This document shows, piece by piece, positions 48,344 through 57,089 of a stretch of DNA of 64,000 nt. Origin of the DNA: Octopus sinensis (taxonomy: Eukaryota); NCBI RefSeq assembly GCF_006345805.1, contig NC_042998.1:83638001-83702000 (forward strand). Direction: 5' to 3'. Positions within the stretch are counted from its first letter, which is position 1, and every line of letters starts with the position of its first letter. The position numbers and the translations under genes were made by a program. The notes below the pieces were generated by a model, which was not told the origin of the DNA, searched no databases, and worked only from the letters and a program-made list of their open reading frames with translations.

Positions 48344-51043
48344 TTATATTAGGCAGCAAGCTGACAGTCATTAACAGGCTGGACAAAGTGCTCAATGGCA
48401 TTTTCTCCATCTTTACATTCTAAGTTCAAATTCCACTGAGGCCGACCTTACCTTTCATCCTTTTGGGGTTGATAAATTAAGTACCAGTTGAGTACTAGGG
48501 TTGATGTAATTGACTATCCCCCTCCCCCAAATTTCAGGCCATGTGCTTATAATAGAAAGGATAATTATTATTATTAAGTCCAGACACCTCTTGTTGAGGT
48601 TAAGCTGACGTGACACTGTAATCTATATATTCTAGTAAAAGATATCTGGTTTGTTTGGGTTGACATTTAAACACTTAAATGGTATTCCAGCTAAAGTCAC
48701 CCTGACCTTATTGTGGATGTATTTCCAGGACATAAAACATGTTTACTAGCCGCTCGAGCTGGTAATGCTAGAAATAACAATTGAATCACACATTGGTGTC
48801 CTGAAAATACCAGAAGGCATTTAATCAGGCGTTGGCAATTTACAAAATTCAGGCAATTAACTTTTATAACTGTTTGTATATTGTGATTATAATTTTTTTA
48901 TTAAAATTTGAAACCATATTCTTTAGGCATGATGCTGTTAATTTGAACAGCTTCATTTCTTTCTTGTTCATTCAGGCTTTCTCTGGTTCAAATTCTTATT
49001 CATTTGTGTGTTATGTATGCTATATCAGCCAAATACTGGGGTTAATATAATCAACTAATTCCCTCCCCCTCAAATTGTAGGCTTTGTGCTAAAATCAGAA
49101 AGAGCTGGCAGAATCATTAGCATGCCATGCAAAATGCTTTTGCAGCATTATTTCTGGCTGGACAGTCTACGTTCAAATACTGCTGAAGTCAAATTTCACC
49201 TTTTCATCTTCTTGGGGTTGATAAAATAAGTACTGATTAAGCACTGAGGTTGATGTTATCAACTTACCCTACCACCGCCACCACCAAAAAGCTGGTGGTT
49301 TTGTGATGAGCTGGCAGAATCATTAGCACGCTGGACGAAATGCTTAACAGTATTTTGCCTGTCGCTACATTCTGAGTTCAAATTCCAACAAGGTCTACTT
49401 TGCCTTTCATCCTTTCAGGGTTGATAAATTAATACAGTTCTATATTTAAGAGATGAGGAATTATGTACATTATTTACAATTGATGGATATTTGTGCTCAT
49501 CTTGTTTGTTGTTAACACATTTCGGCTGTTATACCTTACAGCCTTCATCAGGTGTCTTGGAGAAATTTCAAACCAGGGTTCTCATTCTTAAGGTATTTTT
49601 TGATGTTGTTGTTGTTGTTAAGTACCAGTGAAACACAGGGGTCGATGTAATTGAACAGTCCCCTCCCCACAAAATTGAGGCCTTGTGTATCCAGAACAAA
49701 GGATTGTTACTGAGGGTGGGGACAGTGGCAAGCAGGCCAAACAAAACGTTTTGTGGCCTTTCACTTGTATTGAGTTCAAATGCTGTCAAAGTTGACTTTG
49801 CTTTTCATAGTTTCGGGGTCGACGCAATTATCAGAATCATTGATGCTCTGAACAAGATGCTTAGTAGAATTTCTTCCAGTTCATTCTCAAATACTTTTCA
49901 ATTCTATTTTTGATCATTCCTAATGCTTGTACAATCACTGGTATTGTAACTGCCTTGAGATGCCACATTTTTTCAATCTCAATGAGCAAATTTTAATATT
50001 TTCTGAGCTTATCAAATTCCCTAACCACAATATTATGATCACAAGGAATCATCATCATCATCATCATCATCATCATTCGCTTTCCATGGGTTAGGGCGGT
50101 TTGACTGAGGACTTGCAAGCCAGGAGGCTGAATCAGGTTCCATTCTGATCTGGCAATGTTTCTGCACCTGGATGCCCTTCCTTAATGTCAACCACTCTGA
50201 GAGTGTAGTGGGTGCTTTTCATGTGCCACCAGCATGGGAGCCAATCAGGGAGCACTGGAATCAACTACATTCAGATGGTGTTTTTTAGGTACCACCGGTA
50301 CAGGAGCCAGTCAGGAGTTACTGGTATCAACCACATTTGGATGGTGCTTTTTACATGCCACTAGTATGGGAGCCAGTTGGTGGGGCACTCTCATCGACCA
50401 TATTTGGATGGTGCTTTTTACGTGTCACCGGCATGGGAGCCAGCTGGGAGGCACTGGCATCGACCACATTCAGATGGTGCTTTTTACTCATATCATCCAA
50501 TAAACAGACTTTATTATTTTAGTCTTTTTCGGCAATATCCGGTTTATTACCTTTAATGGTTCTGTTTGCATGTACAAGGAAGTCCTAAAGAACTGTTATA
50601 TGTTTTGCCTCAATAACAGCAACAACAATATAAACATCACCTTGAGGCTGTAACTATTATAATTTAAGGTAGCGAAGCTGGCAGAATCATTACTGCACCA
50701 GGCGAAATGCTTAGTGCCATTTCATCTATCTTTACGTTCTGAGTCCAAATTCTGCTGAGCTCATCTTTGCTTTTCATCTACCCTTTTGGGGTCAATAGAA
50801 TAAGTACCAGTTGAGTGCTGGGGTTGATGTAATCAACTTACCCCCTCCCCTGAAATTCCTGACATTATGCCAAAATATGAAATCATCATTATTAGTATTA
50901 TTGTTGATATCGTCATCTGTTCTTTTTCAGCTAAAACCGCACAGGGGCGTTCAGACTCGGCAGCAAATATGGAATTGAAGCTGATCCAGTGTAAGAGAGA
51001 GTTGGAAGACCCCAAAATTCAGTATTTTGCTGAACCTTTATGA
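9540..51043 (+). CDS. PDXK: Pyridoxal kinase (ribokinase superfamily), 10 coding exons, 909 nt, 302 aa
   Basis: join(9540..9635,20751..20805,21450..21554,28352..28435,34785..34819,35985..36070,37530..37681,43994..44112,45611..45674,50931..51043) is one open frame and every intron is GT..AG. Protein: [302 protein letters not shown]. Family motifs GYVGN, SNHTGY, DPVMGD, PNQFEAE and GTGD are all present. Confidence 0.96.
11220..11500 (-). mobile_element. (CAT)n-tailed RTE 3'-UTR-type fragment
   Basis: catcatcatttaacgttcgccttccatgctggcatggg...gcaccagac...acagctcaatgcccttcctaacaccaac belongs to the same family as 44690..45127. Confidence 0.65.
12510..12770 (+). mobile_element. Short RTE LINE 3' fragment
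   Basis: RRVQFAGHCCR...LLLWKP...RGRTLSYPDVISRDTG...DL.NAMMDREVW followed by a (TGA)n tail. Confidence 0.7.
13440..13580 (-). mobile_element. Old CR1 3' fragment
   Basis: gaaggatgtagtgtctcaacagttaacaactgatgcaggtagtttattccctgcttcagcaattctg aligns with 22640..22730. Confidence 0.6.
13583..13897. repeat. Imperfect inverted repeat (arms about 13583..13732 and 13756..13897), each arm carrying a hammerhead-like motif
   Basis: Arms are visibly reverse-complementary over about 140 nt with a 23-nt spacer. CTGAAGA...GAAA is present on - at 13686..13732 and on + at 13756..13800. Confidence 0.8.
14009..14380 (+). mobile_element. Non-autonomous element with a 5' subterminal repeat and 3' perfect hairpin (Helentron/HINE-like)
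   Basis: Starts aacaagagcactcagagagtgcaaacttccaccaagg and ends TACCTCCGCCTT-tgct-AAGGCGGAGGTA (14351..14378, 12-bp perfect stem). No canonical TSD. Confidence 0.55.
15183..15692. repeat. About 500-bp compound (CA)/(TATG) micro/minisatellite in the centre of a minus-strand bipartite SINE
   Basis: Units such as acacacacatgtatatgtatgtatatat (about 26-30 nt), with SINE sequence on both sides. It explains the six overlapping spurious ORFs. Confidence 0.92.
16121..16535 (+). mobile_element. Complete bipartite tRNA/CORE-like SINE
   Basis: ggagtggctgtgtggtaag...gggttcagtccc...accttgggcaagtgtctt (CORE-like)...gaaagaagccc, then (TA)n(TG)n, then ...ccagcatggccacagtcaaatgactgaaac. Confidence 0.85.
17333..18624 (-). 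mobile_element. Full-length mariner (D,D34D; irritans-like), 1292 bp
   Basis: 36-bp TIRs CGAGGGGCGTTCAATAAGTAATGCCCCTGACCCACT (2 mismatches between ends); TA TSDs at 17331..17332 and 18625..18626. Confidence 0.95.
17406..18457 (-). pseudogene. Mariner transposase, 350 aa if a single 1-nt deletion (about 18278) is repaired
   Basis: MEPVECRAVIRFLYLKG...RSGR/PPSTIDE...WIPRLL...ITQDET...LLQDNAPVH...YFPDLAPSDFHLF. There are 34 residues between the second and third catalytic Asp and no internal stops. The span is 1052 nt, one short of 351 codons. Confidence 0.92.
20196..20430 (+). mobile_element. Well-preserved copy of the second tRNA-derived SINE family
   Basis: ggcagcaagctggcagaatc...caagttcaaattccgctgaggttgactttgcctttcatcctttcagggtcaataaatattaagtaccag...gccttgtgcctagagtagaaaggaattatt. 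Confidence 0.8.
20751..20805 (+). CDS. PDXK: PDXK coding exon 2 (55 nt)
   Basis: tttccctacatcAG|[18 protein letters not shown](G)|GTAGGT. Confidence 0.96.
20930..21250 (+). mobile_element. RTE 3'-UTR-type fragment with about 60-bp internal tandem units
   Basis: Repeated gccagtgcca..ctgactgg..ccc.tgc units, then gagtggttggcattaggaagagcacccagctgtagaaac. Confidence 0.7.
21450..21554 (+). CDS. PDXK: PDXK coding exon 3 (105 nt)
   Basis: tttctacAG|(G)YQYFKGQVL...ELYEGLKLN...ILT(G)|GTAAGT. Confidence 0.96.
22233..22508. repeat. 276-bp near-perfect palindrome (135-bp arms, 6-nt loop), possibly a foldback MITE
   Basis: Arms 22233..22367 and 22374..22508 pair without indels and with 3 mismatches; loop TTTTTC; TA at both ends. 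Confidence 0.95.
22527..23592 (-). mobile_element. 5'-truncated CR1-clade LINE
   Basis: ORF 22588..23586: SGVPQGSVLGPLLF, KYADDIKL, KCTTMHFG, ERDLGITVSSDL, RPHLEFASSVWNPY, LESVQRRATK. Frameshift near the C-terminus; (TAT)n tail at about 22527..22555. Confidence 0.93.
24690..25100 (-). mobile_element. Two tandem minus-strand copies of the second SINE family
   Basis: aactggtacttattttattgaccctgaaaggatgaaaggcaaagtcgacctc...gattctgccagctc, repeated. Confidence 0.7.
28352..28435 (+). CDS. PDXK: PDXK coding exon 4 (84 nt)
   Basis: tatacAG|(G)[33 protein letters not shown]. Confidence 0.95.
31297..31565 (+). mobile_element. tRNA-headed, hammerhead-containing terminal unit (copy 1, abutting the Penelope ORF end)
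   Basis: A box TGGCATAGTGG (31303..31313), B box GTTCGATTCC (31348..31357), (AAT)n linker, hammerhead-like motif at 31446..31491, terminus ctcttaaatatag. Confidence 0.8.
31446..31491 (+). ncRNA. Type I hammerhead ribozyme-like motif (G12 mutated to C in this copy)
   Basis: GACAC CTGAAGA A GGCTG gagggtatat CAGCC cAAAC GT T GTGTT: stem I GACAC/GTGTT, stem II GGCTG/CAGCC, palindromic helix III AACGTT. Confidence 0.65.
32230..32452. mobile_element. Tc1/mariner-type MITE, 223 bp
   Basis: 31-bp TIRs CAGG(TC/GT)GGCCCAAAAGTAGGTTTACAGTTAT with TA on both sides. Confidence 0.9.
32930..33830 (+). mobile_element. Cluster of about 4 decayed same-strand copies of the second SINE family
   Basis: Repeated ...tttcaaatcc...ctttcatccc...gaata...agtaccag... 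units. Confidence 0.6.
33850..34190 (-). mobile_element. R4/Dong-like (restriction-like endonuclease) LINE 3' fragment
   Basis: Minus-strand NRKPD..LIEKESKRC*IIDIVYPAD...YDRLAWEVRQL...KNLKKYIEEIG....EHLQKTALFGTIQILWMVL matches the remembered RLE C-terminal pattern PD...IIDV..P.D...KY..L...LQK.ALLGT..ILR.VL. Confidence 0.7.
34785..34819 (+). CDS. PDXK: PDXK coding exon 5 (35 nt)
   Basis: gttttgcAG|(L)[17 protein letters not shown]. Confidence 0.96.
35040..35545 (+). mobile_element. Old RTE LINE fragment
   Basis: VNGTSLRQAEMFKYLG, IFLPILTY, EMGLL*RI.GVT and HVIRMLPERITKQILQA across frames. Confidence 0.65.
35985..36070 (+). CDS. PDXK: PDXK coding exon 6 (86 nt)
   Basis: tttcatttAG|[28 protein letters not shown](E)|GTAAGT. 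Confidence 0.96.
36327..36990 (-). mobile_element. RTE LINE 3' end (ORF tail plus UTR) with internal about 42-bp tandem duplications
   Basis: GRLHRYGHVMHMDKDNCVKKC...DLWRCAVLE, then UTR ttggcattaagaagggcatccagctgtagaaaacc and an (ATG)n tail. Confidence 0.75.
37530..37681 (+). CDS. PDXK: PDXK coding exon 7 (152 nt)
   Basis: (T)n AG|(E)[56 protein letters not shown]; phases 2 and 1 fit the neighbouring exons. Confidence 0.93.
39470..39710 (+). mobile_element. RTE LINE C-terminal fragment (another subfamily)
   Basis: WYGDVLSRDEEHVLRRVIAFVVNGARKQGRVKKRW...VEEEIRKVGLKKEDAQNQARRRDGVRAVA. Confidence 0.7.
39715..40350. mobile_element. Two RTE 3'-UTR-type copies in opposite orientation (about 39715..39990 minus, about 40140..40350 plus)
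   Basis: gatgcccttcctaatgccaacc versus ggttggcattaggaagggcatc; the plus copy ends in (GAT)n. Confidence 0.75.
41818..41996. mobile_element. Old hAT (Charlie-like) MITE
   Basis: Ends CAGTGGTTCTGAAC...GAAACCATTG; 8-bp flanks ATTTAGAT and GTTTAAAT (decayed TSD). Confidence 0.5.
43994..44112 (+). CDS. PDXK: PDXK coding exon 8 (119 nt)
   Basis: ttttttccAG|(E)[45 protein letters not shown]; contains the GTGD anion-hole/catalytic Asp motif. Confidence 0.97.
44690..45127 (+). mobile_element. RTE LINE 3' end (ORF tail, UTR, (ATG)n tail)
   Basis: YGHVMDMDDNSCVKKC...RPRKTW...QDLQMLGL...DQNLW, then gagtagttggcatttgaaaaggcatccagctgtaggaacc...gatgatga. Confidence 0.75.
45611..45674 (+). CDS. PDXK: PDXK coding exon 9 (64 nt)
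   Basis: ttgttttAG|[27 protein letters not shown]. Confidence 0.95.
45840..46392. mobile_element. hAT (Charlie-like) MITE with a nested RTE-UTR fragment (about 45935..46200)
   Basis: Ends tgGTGGTTCCCAACCT and AGGTTGGGAACCACTG; 8-bp TSD ATCTAAAT / ATCTAGAT, matching the NTCTAGAN target preference. Confidence 0.8.
47040..50490 (-). mobile_element. Three minus-strand RTE 3'-UTR copies (about 47040..47500, 47765..48220, 50050..50490), each with 4-5 tandem units of about 60 bp, interleaved with SINEs
   Basis: (CAT)n starts, gctggatgcccttcctaatgccaa, and repeated ggtgctttttacgtgccacc.gcacgggagccagtcagg units. Confidence 0.75.
49437..49619 (-). mobile_element. Hammerhead-containing unit, copy 2 (headless), nested in a SINE
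   Basis: Reverse complement reads GACAC CTGATGA A GGCTGT aaggtata ACAGCC GAAA t GTGTT (49514..49556). Same terminus as 31565. The host SINE resumes at 49620. Confidence 0.8.
50931..51043 (+). CDS. PDXK: PDXK coding exon 10 (113 nt, terminal)
   Basis: ttctttttcAG|(S)[36 protein letters not shown]; tandem TGA TGA. Confidence 0.95.
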
Positions 51044-51203
51044 TGAAGCCTTCAAGTACCTTACTTTGGAAGCTCTACATCATCAGTGAACTTAAAAGGA
51101 CTATATTAGTAGCAGTGGAGGTGTTGAGTGTTGTGCCTTGACTGCTGTGATCTTAGTGCACATGTTGTGACGAGTACTGCAAAGAAAATGGTATCCATGT
51201 GTG

Positions 51204-51209
51204 AATAAA
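51204..51209 (+). promoter_or_regulatory. Candidate PDXK polyadenylation signal AATAAA (second candidate at 51612..51617)
   Basis: First AATAAA lies 160 nt after the stop codon, with GT/T-rich sequence downstream. Not provable without cDNA. Confidence 0.45.
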
Positions 51210-51288
51210 GCTGCCTTGAAATAGAAACTACATCTGTTGTGCTCCTAGGAAATTTGGTACCATCCAATGAAACATATATGCATGCATA

Positions 51289-51323
<35 letters not shown>

Positions 51324-51941
51324 ATGTATTGTGATGTATGATTGTTGTATGTAGTTGATTTTGTATTTATTTTGATTTTTATTTTTCAAACTAGTTTGTT
51401 AACTTATTAAGTTCTATCAACATTGTTTAGAACTTCTGGGTATGTTGGGATAATGTCTGTGTTACAATAAGGGGCCAAGACTTCTAATGATAGATATATA
51501 TTTATATATACACACATATATATATATTTTCTCTTCTAAAATAAGATAAAAAAATGGAAAACAAAATGGGTTGTAAATGTGGCTAGGATGAACAAGTTTG
51601 TTTTGTTCTGGAATAAATGGCAAACTCTATCTGTATATATTTATCACGAATGAAACTTCCGGACCAAAATGAAAGGGGTGTGTGAGGGATAGGGGATGGG
51701 GATGACAAATATATAATCTGGTTGACAGACTTTCAAACTGCTTGCTCACCTAAATTAATTTATGCAGTTTATTTCCTTGCATGTATTATTATTACATATC
51801 AAAGTTTACATTCATGGAAGACAAAAGTGATATGGCTGTTGACAGTTTTTTGTTTTTATACCACGCTTGCAGATCGATGGGTTCATTCTATCAATACATA
51901 TATTTTACTGCTGAAGATATCATTATTGTTATTATTATTAT

Positions 51942-54695
51942 GGCAGTGAGCTGGGAGAATCATTAGCACACCTTATAAATTGCTTAACAGCATTTCATCC
52001 TGAGTTCAAATTCTGCTGAAGTCAACTTTGTTTTTCTTCATTTTGGGGGATCAATAAAATAAATACCTACTGTGTAACGGGGGTCAATGCAATCAACTTG
52101 CCCCTCACCCCAAATTTCTGGCCTTGTGCCAAAATTTGAAACCATCATTATTATTATTATTTTGGGGTTTCTTTTTCCATTGTTATTGAAGGCAGCAAAT
52201 TGGCAGTCATTAGAACACCAAGAAAAAAGAAAAAAACTGCTTTGTGGATTTCTTCCAATACATTCTAAGTTCAAATCCTGCCAACGTCAACATTGCTTTT
52301 CATCCTCCCAGGGTCAATGAAATAATGCACCAGTCAAATACTGGGGCTTATACTACCAAGTGTCCCCACTCCCTAAAAATTGCTGGCCTTGTGCATAAAT
52401 CAGAAACCAGAGGCAGTGAACTGGGAGAATTGCTAGAGCATCAGACAAAATAACTTGCAGTATTGCAGTATTTGCTCCAACTCTTTACATTCTAAGTTCA
52501 AATTCCACCAAGATCAACTTTGCTTTCAATCCCTACATCCTGAGGGTTGATGAAATACTGGAGATGAAAATATCAGCTAACCCATCCCATTAAATTTACT
52601 GGTCTTGTGCCTAAATCAGAAATGATTATAGTTAAGGTAATGAGCTGGCAGAATCGTTAACATGCAGGGCAAAATGCTCAGCAGCATTTTGTGTGTCTTT
52701 ATGTTCTGGGTTCAAATTCTGCTCAGGTTGACATTGCCCTTCATCTTTTCAGGGTCAGTAAAATAAGTACCAGTTATGCACTGGGGTTGATGTGATCGAC
52801 TTACAACTTCCCCCATAATTGCTGGTCTTGTGCCAAAACCTGAAATCTTTATTAAGTAAGTAAGCAAGTCAGTGAGCTAACAGAACCGTTAACATGCATG
52901 GCATAATACTTAGCAGCATTACGGTCCAAATTCCACCAAGGTTGACTTTACTTTCATCTTTACAGGGATCAATAAATCAAATACCCATAAAGCATCGGGG
53001 ATCAATGAAATCGATGACCCTTGTCCCCCAAAATTTTAAGTCTTGTGCCTATAATAGAATAGATTATTATGGCAGTAAACTGGCAGAATCATTAGCATGC
53101 TGGACAAAAAATGCTTAGCAGCATTTTGTCCATCTCTGTTCTGAGTTCAAATTGCACTGAGGTCAACTTTGCCTTTCATTCTTTCAGGGTCAATGAAATC
53201 AGTGCCAGTTGAACACTGGGATCAATGTAATTGGTTGGCCCCTCTGCCCAAATTTCAGGCTTATAGTAGAAAGGATTATTATTATTATTATTAAGGCAGT
53301 GAGCTGACAGAATGGTTGTACACTGGATGAAATGCTTAGCGGTATTTCGCCCATCTTTATATTCTGAGTTCAAATTCCACTAGGGTCAATAAAATGAGTA
53401 CCAATTGCATACTGGGGTCAATCTAATCGACTAGACCCTCCTGCAAAATTTCGGGCTTTGTGCCTATAGTAGAAAGGATAATTATTCAGACAGTGAGTTG
53501 GTGGAATCGTTAGCGTGCTGGACAAAACTCATCCCCTCCCCCAAAATTGCTGCCCCTGTGGCAAAATTTGAAACCATTATTATTATTATTGAAAGCAGTT
53601 GATTTGCCAGATTTATTAGTGTTGGATGAAATGCTTAATTCCAGTTCATTATACTCTGAGTTGAAATTACACCAAAGTCAACTTTTCCCTTTATCCCTTC
53701 AGGGTCTTGGAGACATTTAAATTGACCAATTCCACCCCTACAAAATTTGTGACCTCATGCCTATGTTAGAAACAGTTATTATCATCATTACACATTGTGT
53801 TTTTTTAAAAATTTCTATTTAATATTCATAATTTAGTTTTCTAATTTGTTGTGTTCATTAATTATTGCAAGAATTAAAATTGTTATGAAGTACTTTTGTT
53901 ATTGTTGACTTTTAAACCTACTAACATTGTTTATTGTATATGTTGATGGTGACGATTTATTGAATACAGTTTTATATGTCTGTCAAATAGTTGTGTTGAC
54001 TCTTTCATTATTTATTTATTTGAAAGCAGCGAGCTGGCAGAAATGTTAGCATGCCAAACGAAATGCTCAGCGGTATTTCGTCTGTCTTTACATTCTGAGC
54101 TCAAATTCCACTGAGGTCGACTTTGCCTTTCACCTTTCAGAGTCAATAAATTAAGTACCAATTGTGTACTGGAGTCAGTCTAATTGACTGGTCCCCTCCC
54201 CTAAAATTTTGGGCCTTGTGCCTAGAGTAGAAAAGAATTTATGCTTTTCATCCAAATGTTTAAAGCGGTGAGCTGGCAGAATCGTTGGAATGCTGGACAA
54301 AATGCTTAACAGTATTTCACCTGTCGCTACATTCCAAGTTCAAATTCCACCGAGGTCAACTTTGCCTTTCGTCCTTTCGAGGTCAATAAATTAAGTACTA
54401 GTTTAGTGCTGGGGTCGATATAATCAACTATCCCCCTTCTCCCAAATTTCAGGCTTTGTGCCTATAGTAGAAAGGATTGTTTATTTATTTGGGAAGGTGG
54501 TGGACTGGCAGAATTGTTAGCAGACTGGGCAAATTGCTTAGCAGTATTTCGTCAATTGTCACGTTCTGAGTTCAAATTCTGCTGGGGTCAACTTTCCTCG
54601 TCATCCTTTTAATGTTGATAAAACCGGGGTAGATGTAATCAACTAGACCCCTCCCCCAAAATTCCAGGCCTTGTGCCTTTGGTAGAAAGGATTAT
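51942..54695 (+). mobile_element. Head-to-tail array of 12 copies of the second tRNA-derived SINE family
   Basis: Heads at about 51942, 52191, 52412, 52636, 52868, 53071, 53295, 53489, 53594, 54025, 54264 and 54495, all on +, mostly separated only by short (ATT)n or AT-rich tails. Confidence 0.85.
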
Positions 54696-55532
54696 TTATT
54701 TGTTTGGTATGGTTGTATGGTTAAGTTCATTTTGCAATTAGATTATCTTGTGTCTGGTCCCAGTGTGTGGGTCTTTGGGCAAGCACCTTCTGCTATGGCC
54801 CTGGCTTAAGCAGTGCCTTGTGAGTGAATTTGGTAAACAGAAACTGCATGGAAGCCCATCATTATGTATGCATGCATGTGTATGTGGCCTAGTGATTAGG
54901 GTGTTGCTCCCATGATTGCTACATCATGGGTTTGATTCTCAAACTGGCCAGCATGTGTTCTTGAGCAAAACCCTTCATTTCACATTGCCCCAGTCCACTC
55001 AGGTGTAAATAGGGTGTCCTTGCAACAGACCAGCCTCCCAATCAGAGGGAATGTTGGCCTGCTCACTTAGCCAGCTGGGCAGCATCATTCGAAAGCTAAA
55101 ATAATGTGAAGTGCATTGTGACCAGCGATGTATAACATCTGATAGTCTAGTTGATCACGTTATATATATATATATTATCTTGTTTCAGTCATTTGGCTGC
55201 AGATTTAGTCAAACAAATCAACCTCGGGACTTATTCTTTGTAAGCCTATTACTTATTCTTTTGCCTCTTTTACTGAGCCGCTATGTTATGGGTACGTAAA
55301 CATACCAACATCGGTTGTCAAGCAAAAGTGGTGGGACAAACACACATGCAAATGTATACATATATACATATATATACACAATGGGCTTCTTTCAGTTTCC
55401 GTCTTCCAAATCCACTCACAAGGCTTTCGTCGGCCTAAGGCTATAGAAGACATTTGCCCAAGGTACCACACAGTCGAGCTGAATCTGGAACCATGTGGTT
55501 GGGAAGCAAGCTTCTTACCACACAGCCACTCC

Positions 55533-55569
<37 letters not shown>

Positions 55570-55614
55570 TTTTTTTTCATGTGGCCATGCTGAATAAAGA
55601 CAAAACCAAATGTA

Positions 55615-55875
55615 GTTCTATATTTAAGAGATGAGGAATTATGTACATTATTTACATTCGAGGGACATTTGTCATCTTGTTTGTTGTTAACACAACGTTT
55701 TGGCTGATATACCCTCCAGCTTTCTTCAGGTGTCTTGGGGAAATTTTGAACCTGGGTTCTCATTCCTAAGGTATTTTTCGATGTTATTATTATTATTGTT
55801 ATTCCGGTCACTGCTTGGAATCGAACTAGGAATCTTGGCGATAGTAGCCCGCACTCTTAACCACTACGCCATACA
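55615..55875 (-). mobile_element. tRNA-headed, hammerhead-containing unit, copy 3 (solo, complete)
   Basis: Minus strand: A box TGGCGTAGTGG (55861..55871), B box GTTCGATTCC (55817..55826), (AAT)n, and GACAC CTGAAGA A aGCTG..CAGCC aAAAC GT T GTGTT (55689..55734). No adjacent Penelope ORF. Confidence 0.85.
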
Positions 55876-55977
55876 CCAAATATCTGTCGAATGTAGATAA
55901 TGTAAATAAAACCTAATGTGTTGATAATTTGAGTGTATTTAATGCATGTTTCAAGCAATTATGGAGGAAATATCTTA

Positions 55978-56240
55978 CATGCTGGAGCACTGCTTTGAAC
56001 AGTTTTAGTCAAACAAATTGACCCCCAGTACGTATTTTTTAACCCTAGTACTTATATTATAGGTCTCTTTTGTCAAACTACTAAGTTATGGGGATATAAA
56101 CAAACCAACACTTGTTTATAACTTAGCATTTTGCCAAATGAGACTGAGAGTATAAGTATTGGGGTCAATTTGTTTGACTAAAACTGTTCAAAGCAGTGCT
56201 CCAGCATGGCTGCAATCCAATGACTGAAACAAGTAAAAGA
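55978..56240. repeat. Fold-back SINE tail with 48-bp perfect inverted arms
   Basis: 55978..56025 is the exact reverse complement of 56161..56208. Confidence 0.9.
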
Positions 56241-57089
56241 TAGAATATTTATTTTTCTTTGTTGCAAACAACTTTGAAAATGTGATTTGTTGAAAAGATG
56301 GGGAAACAGCAGTTTAGCAGGAAAATACTGGTTTATGAGTTAATTCTTTGATTCAGGTACTTCATTGAGTCTCCTTTAAAAAAAATTAATTTGCCTGAAT
56401 TCATCAAACCATGAAGAATGGTTATCAGTCTTCTTTAGGGACATTAACTGTGATTAGCTAATGTTTTGTTCGAATGGAAGATTTGCTCTTCATGTTGAAG
56501 ATGCTATGGAAATTAGATGAAATGTGTTGATATTTGGAAGTCTTGATTTTTAAAATAAATCTTTTCCTCAAGACAATGTCGTGTGTGTGTGTGTGTGTGT
56601 GTGTGACTCCTGTCTTCTCCACACTTTACCTCATCCCACCTACCTGCCCACCAAGCCATCCTCGATTTTTCTGCCCTATTCTCTCGCTATCCATTTTCTT
56701 GTACACCTTGAGGGTATGCCCCGATACTTCATCTCCACCATTCCTTTCTCCCTTTCCTGCTGGTGGTAGCCACATAGATCCTCTACAGCAAGACACTAAT
56801 TCCTGTCCTATTTTCCTACATTAGTCTCTCAACATTTGGCAGAAAGTCAACTGCCACAATACTACACTCTCACTCCGTTGAGAAATCTTGACTTAGGAAT
56901 GTCGTTACATATGTCCATATATTATGGCATGTATTACACAACATTAAATGAATTGCATAACATTCTATGAGATATTGAATAATTAATATCGTCCGTCTAC
57001 GGAAACAATTGTAGTGTCAATCTGACATTACAATGGGGGTCCATGATCTTGGCCTTGTGTACGAGTTCTTTCTCGAGATAGTTGTTATT

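Noticed and set aside
51041-51046. Tandem TGA TGA as selenocysteine or programmed readthrough
   Set aside because: It falls at the expected PDXK C-terminus and no SECIS was recognised; an ordinary double stop.
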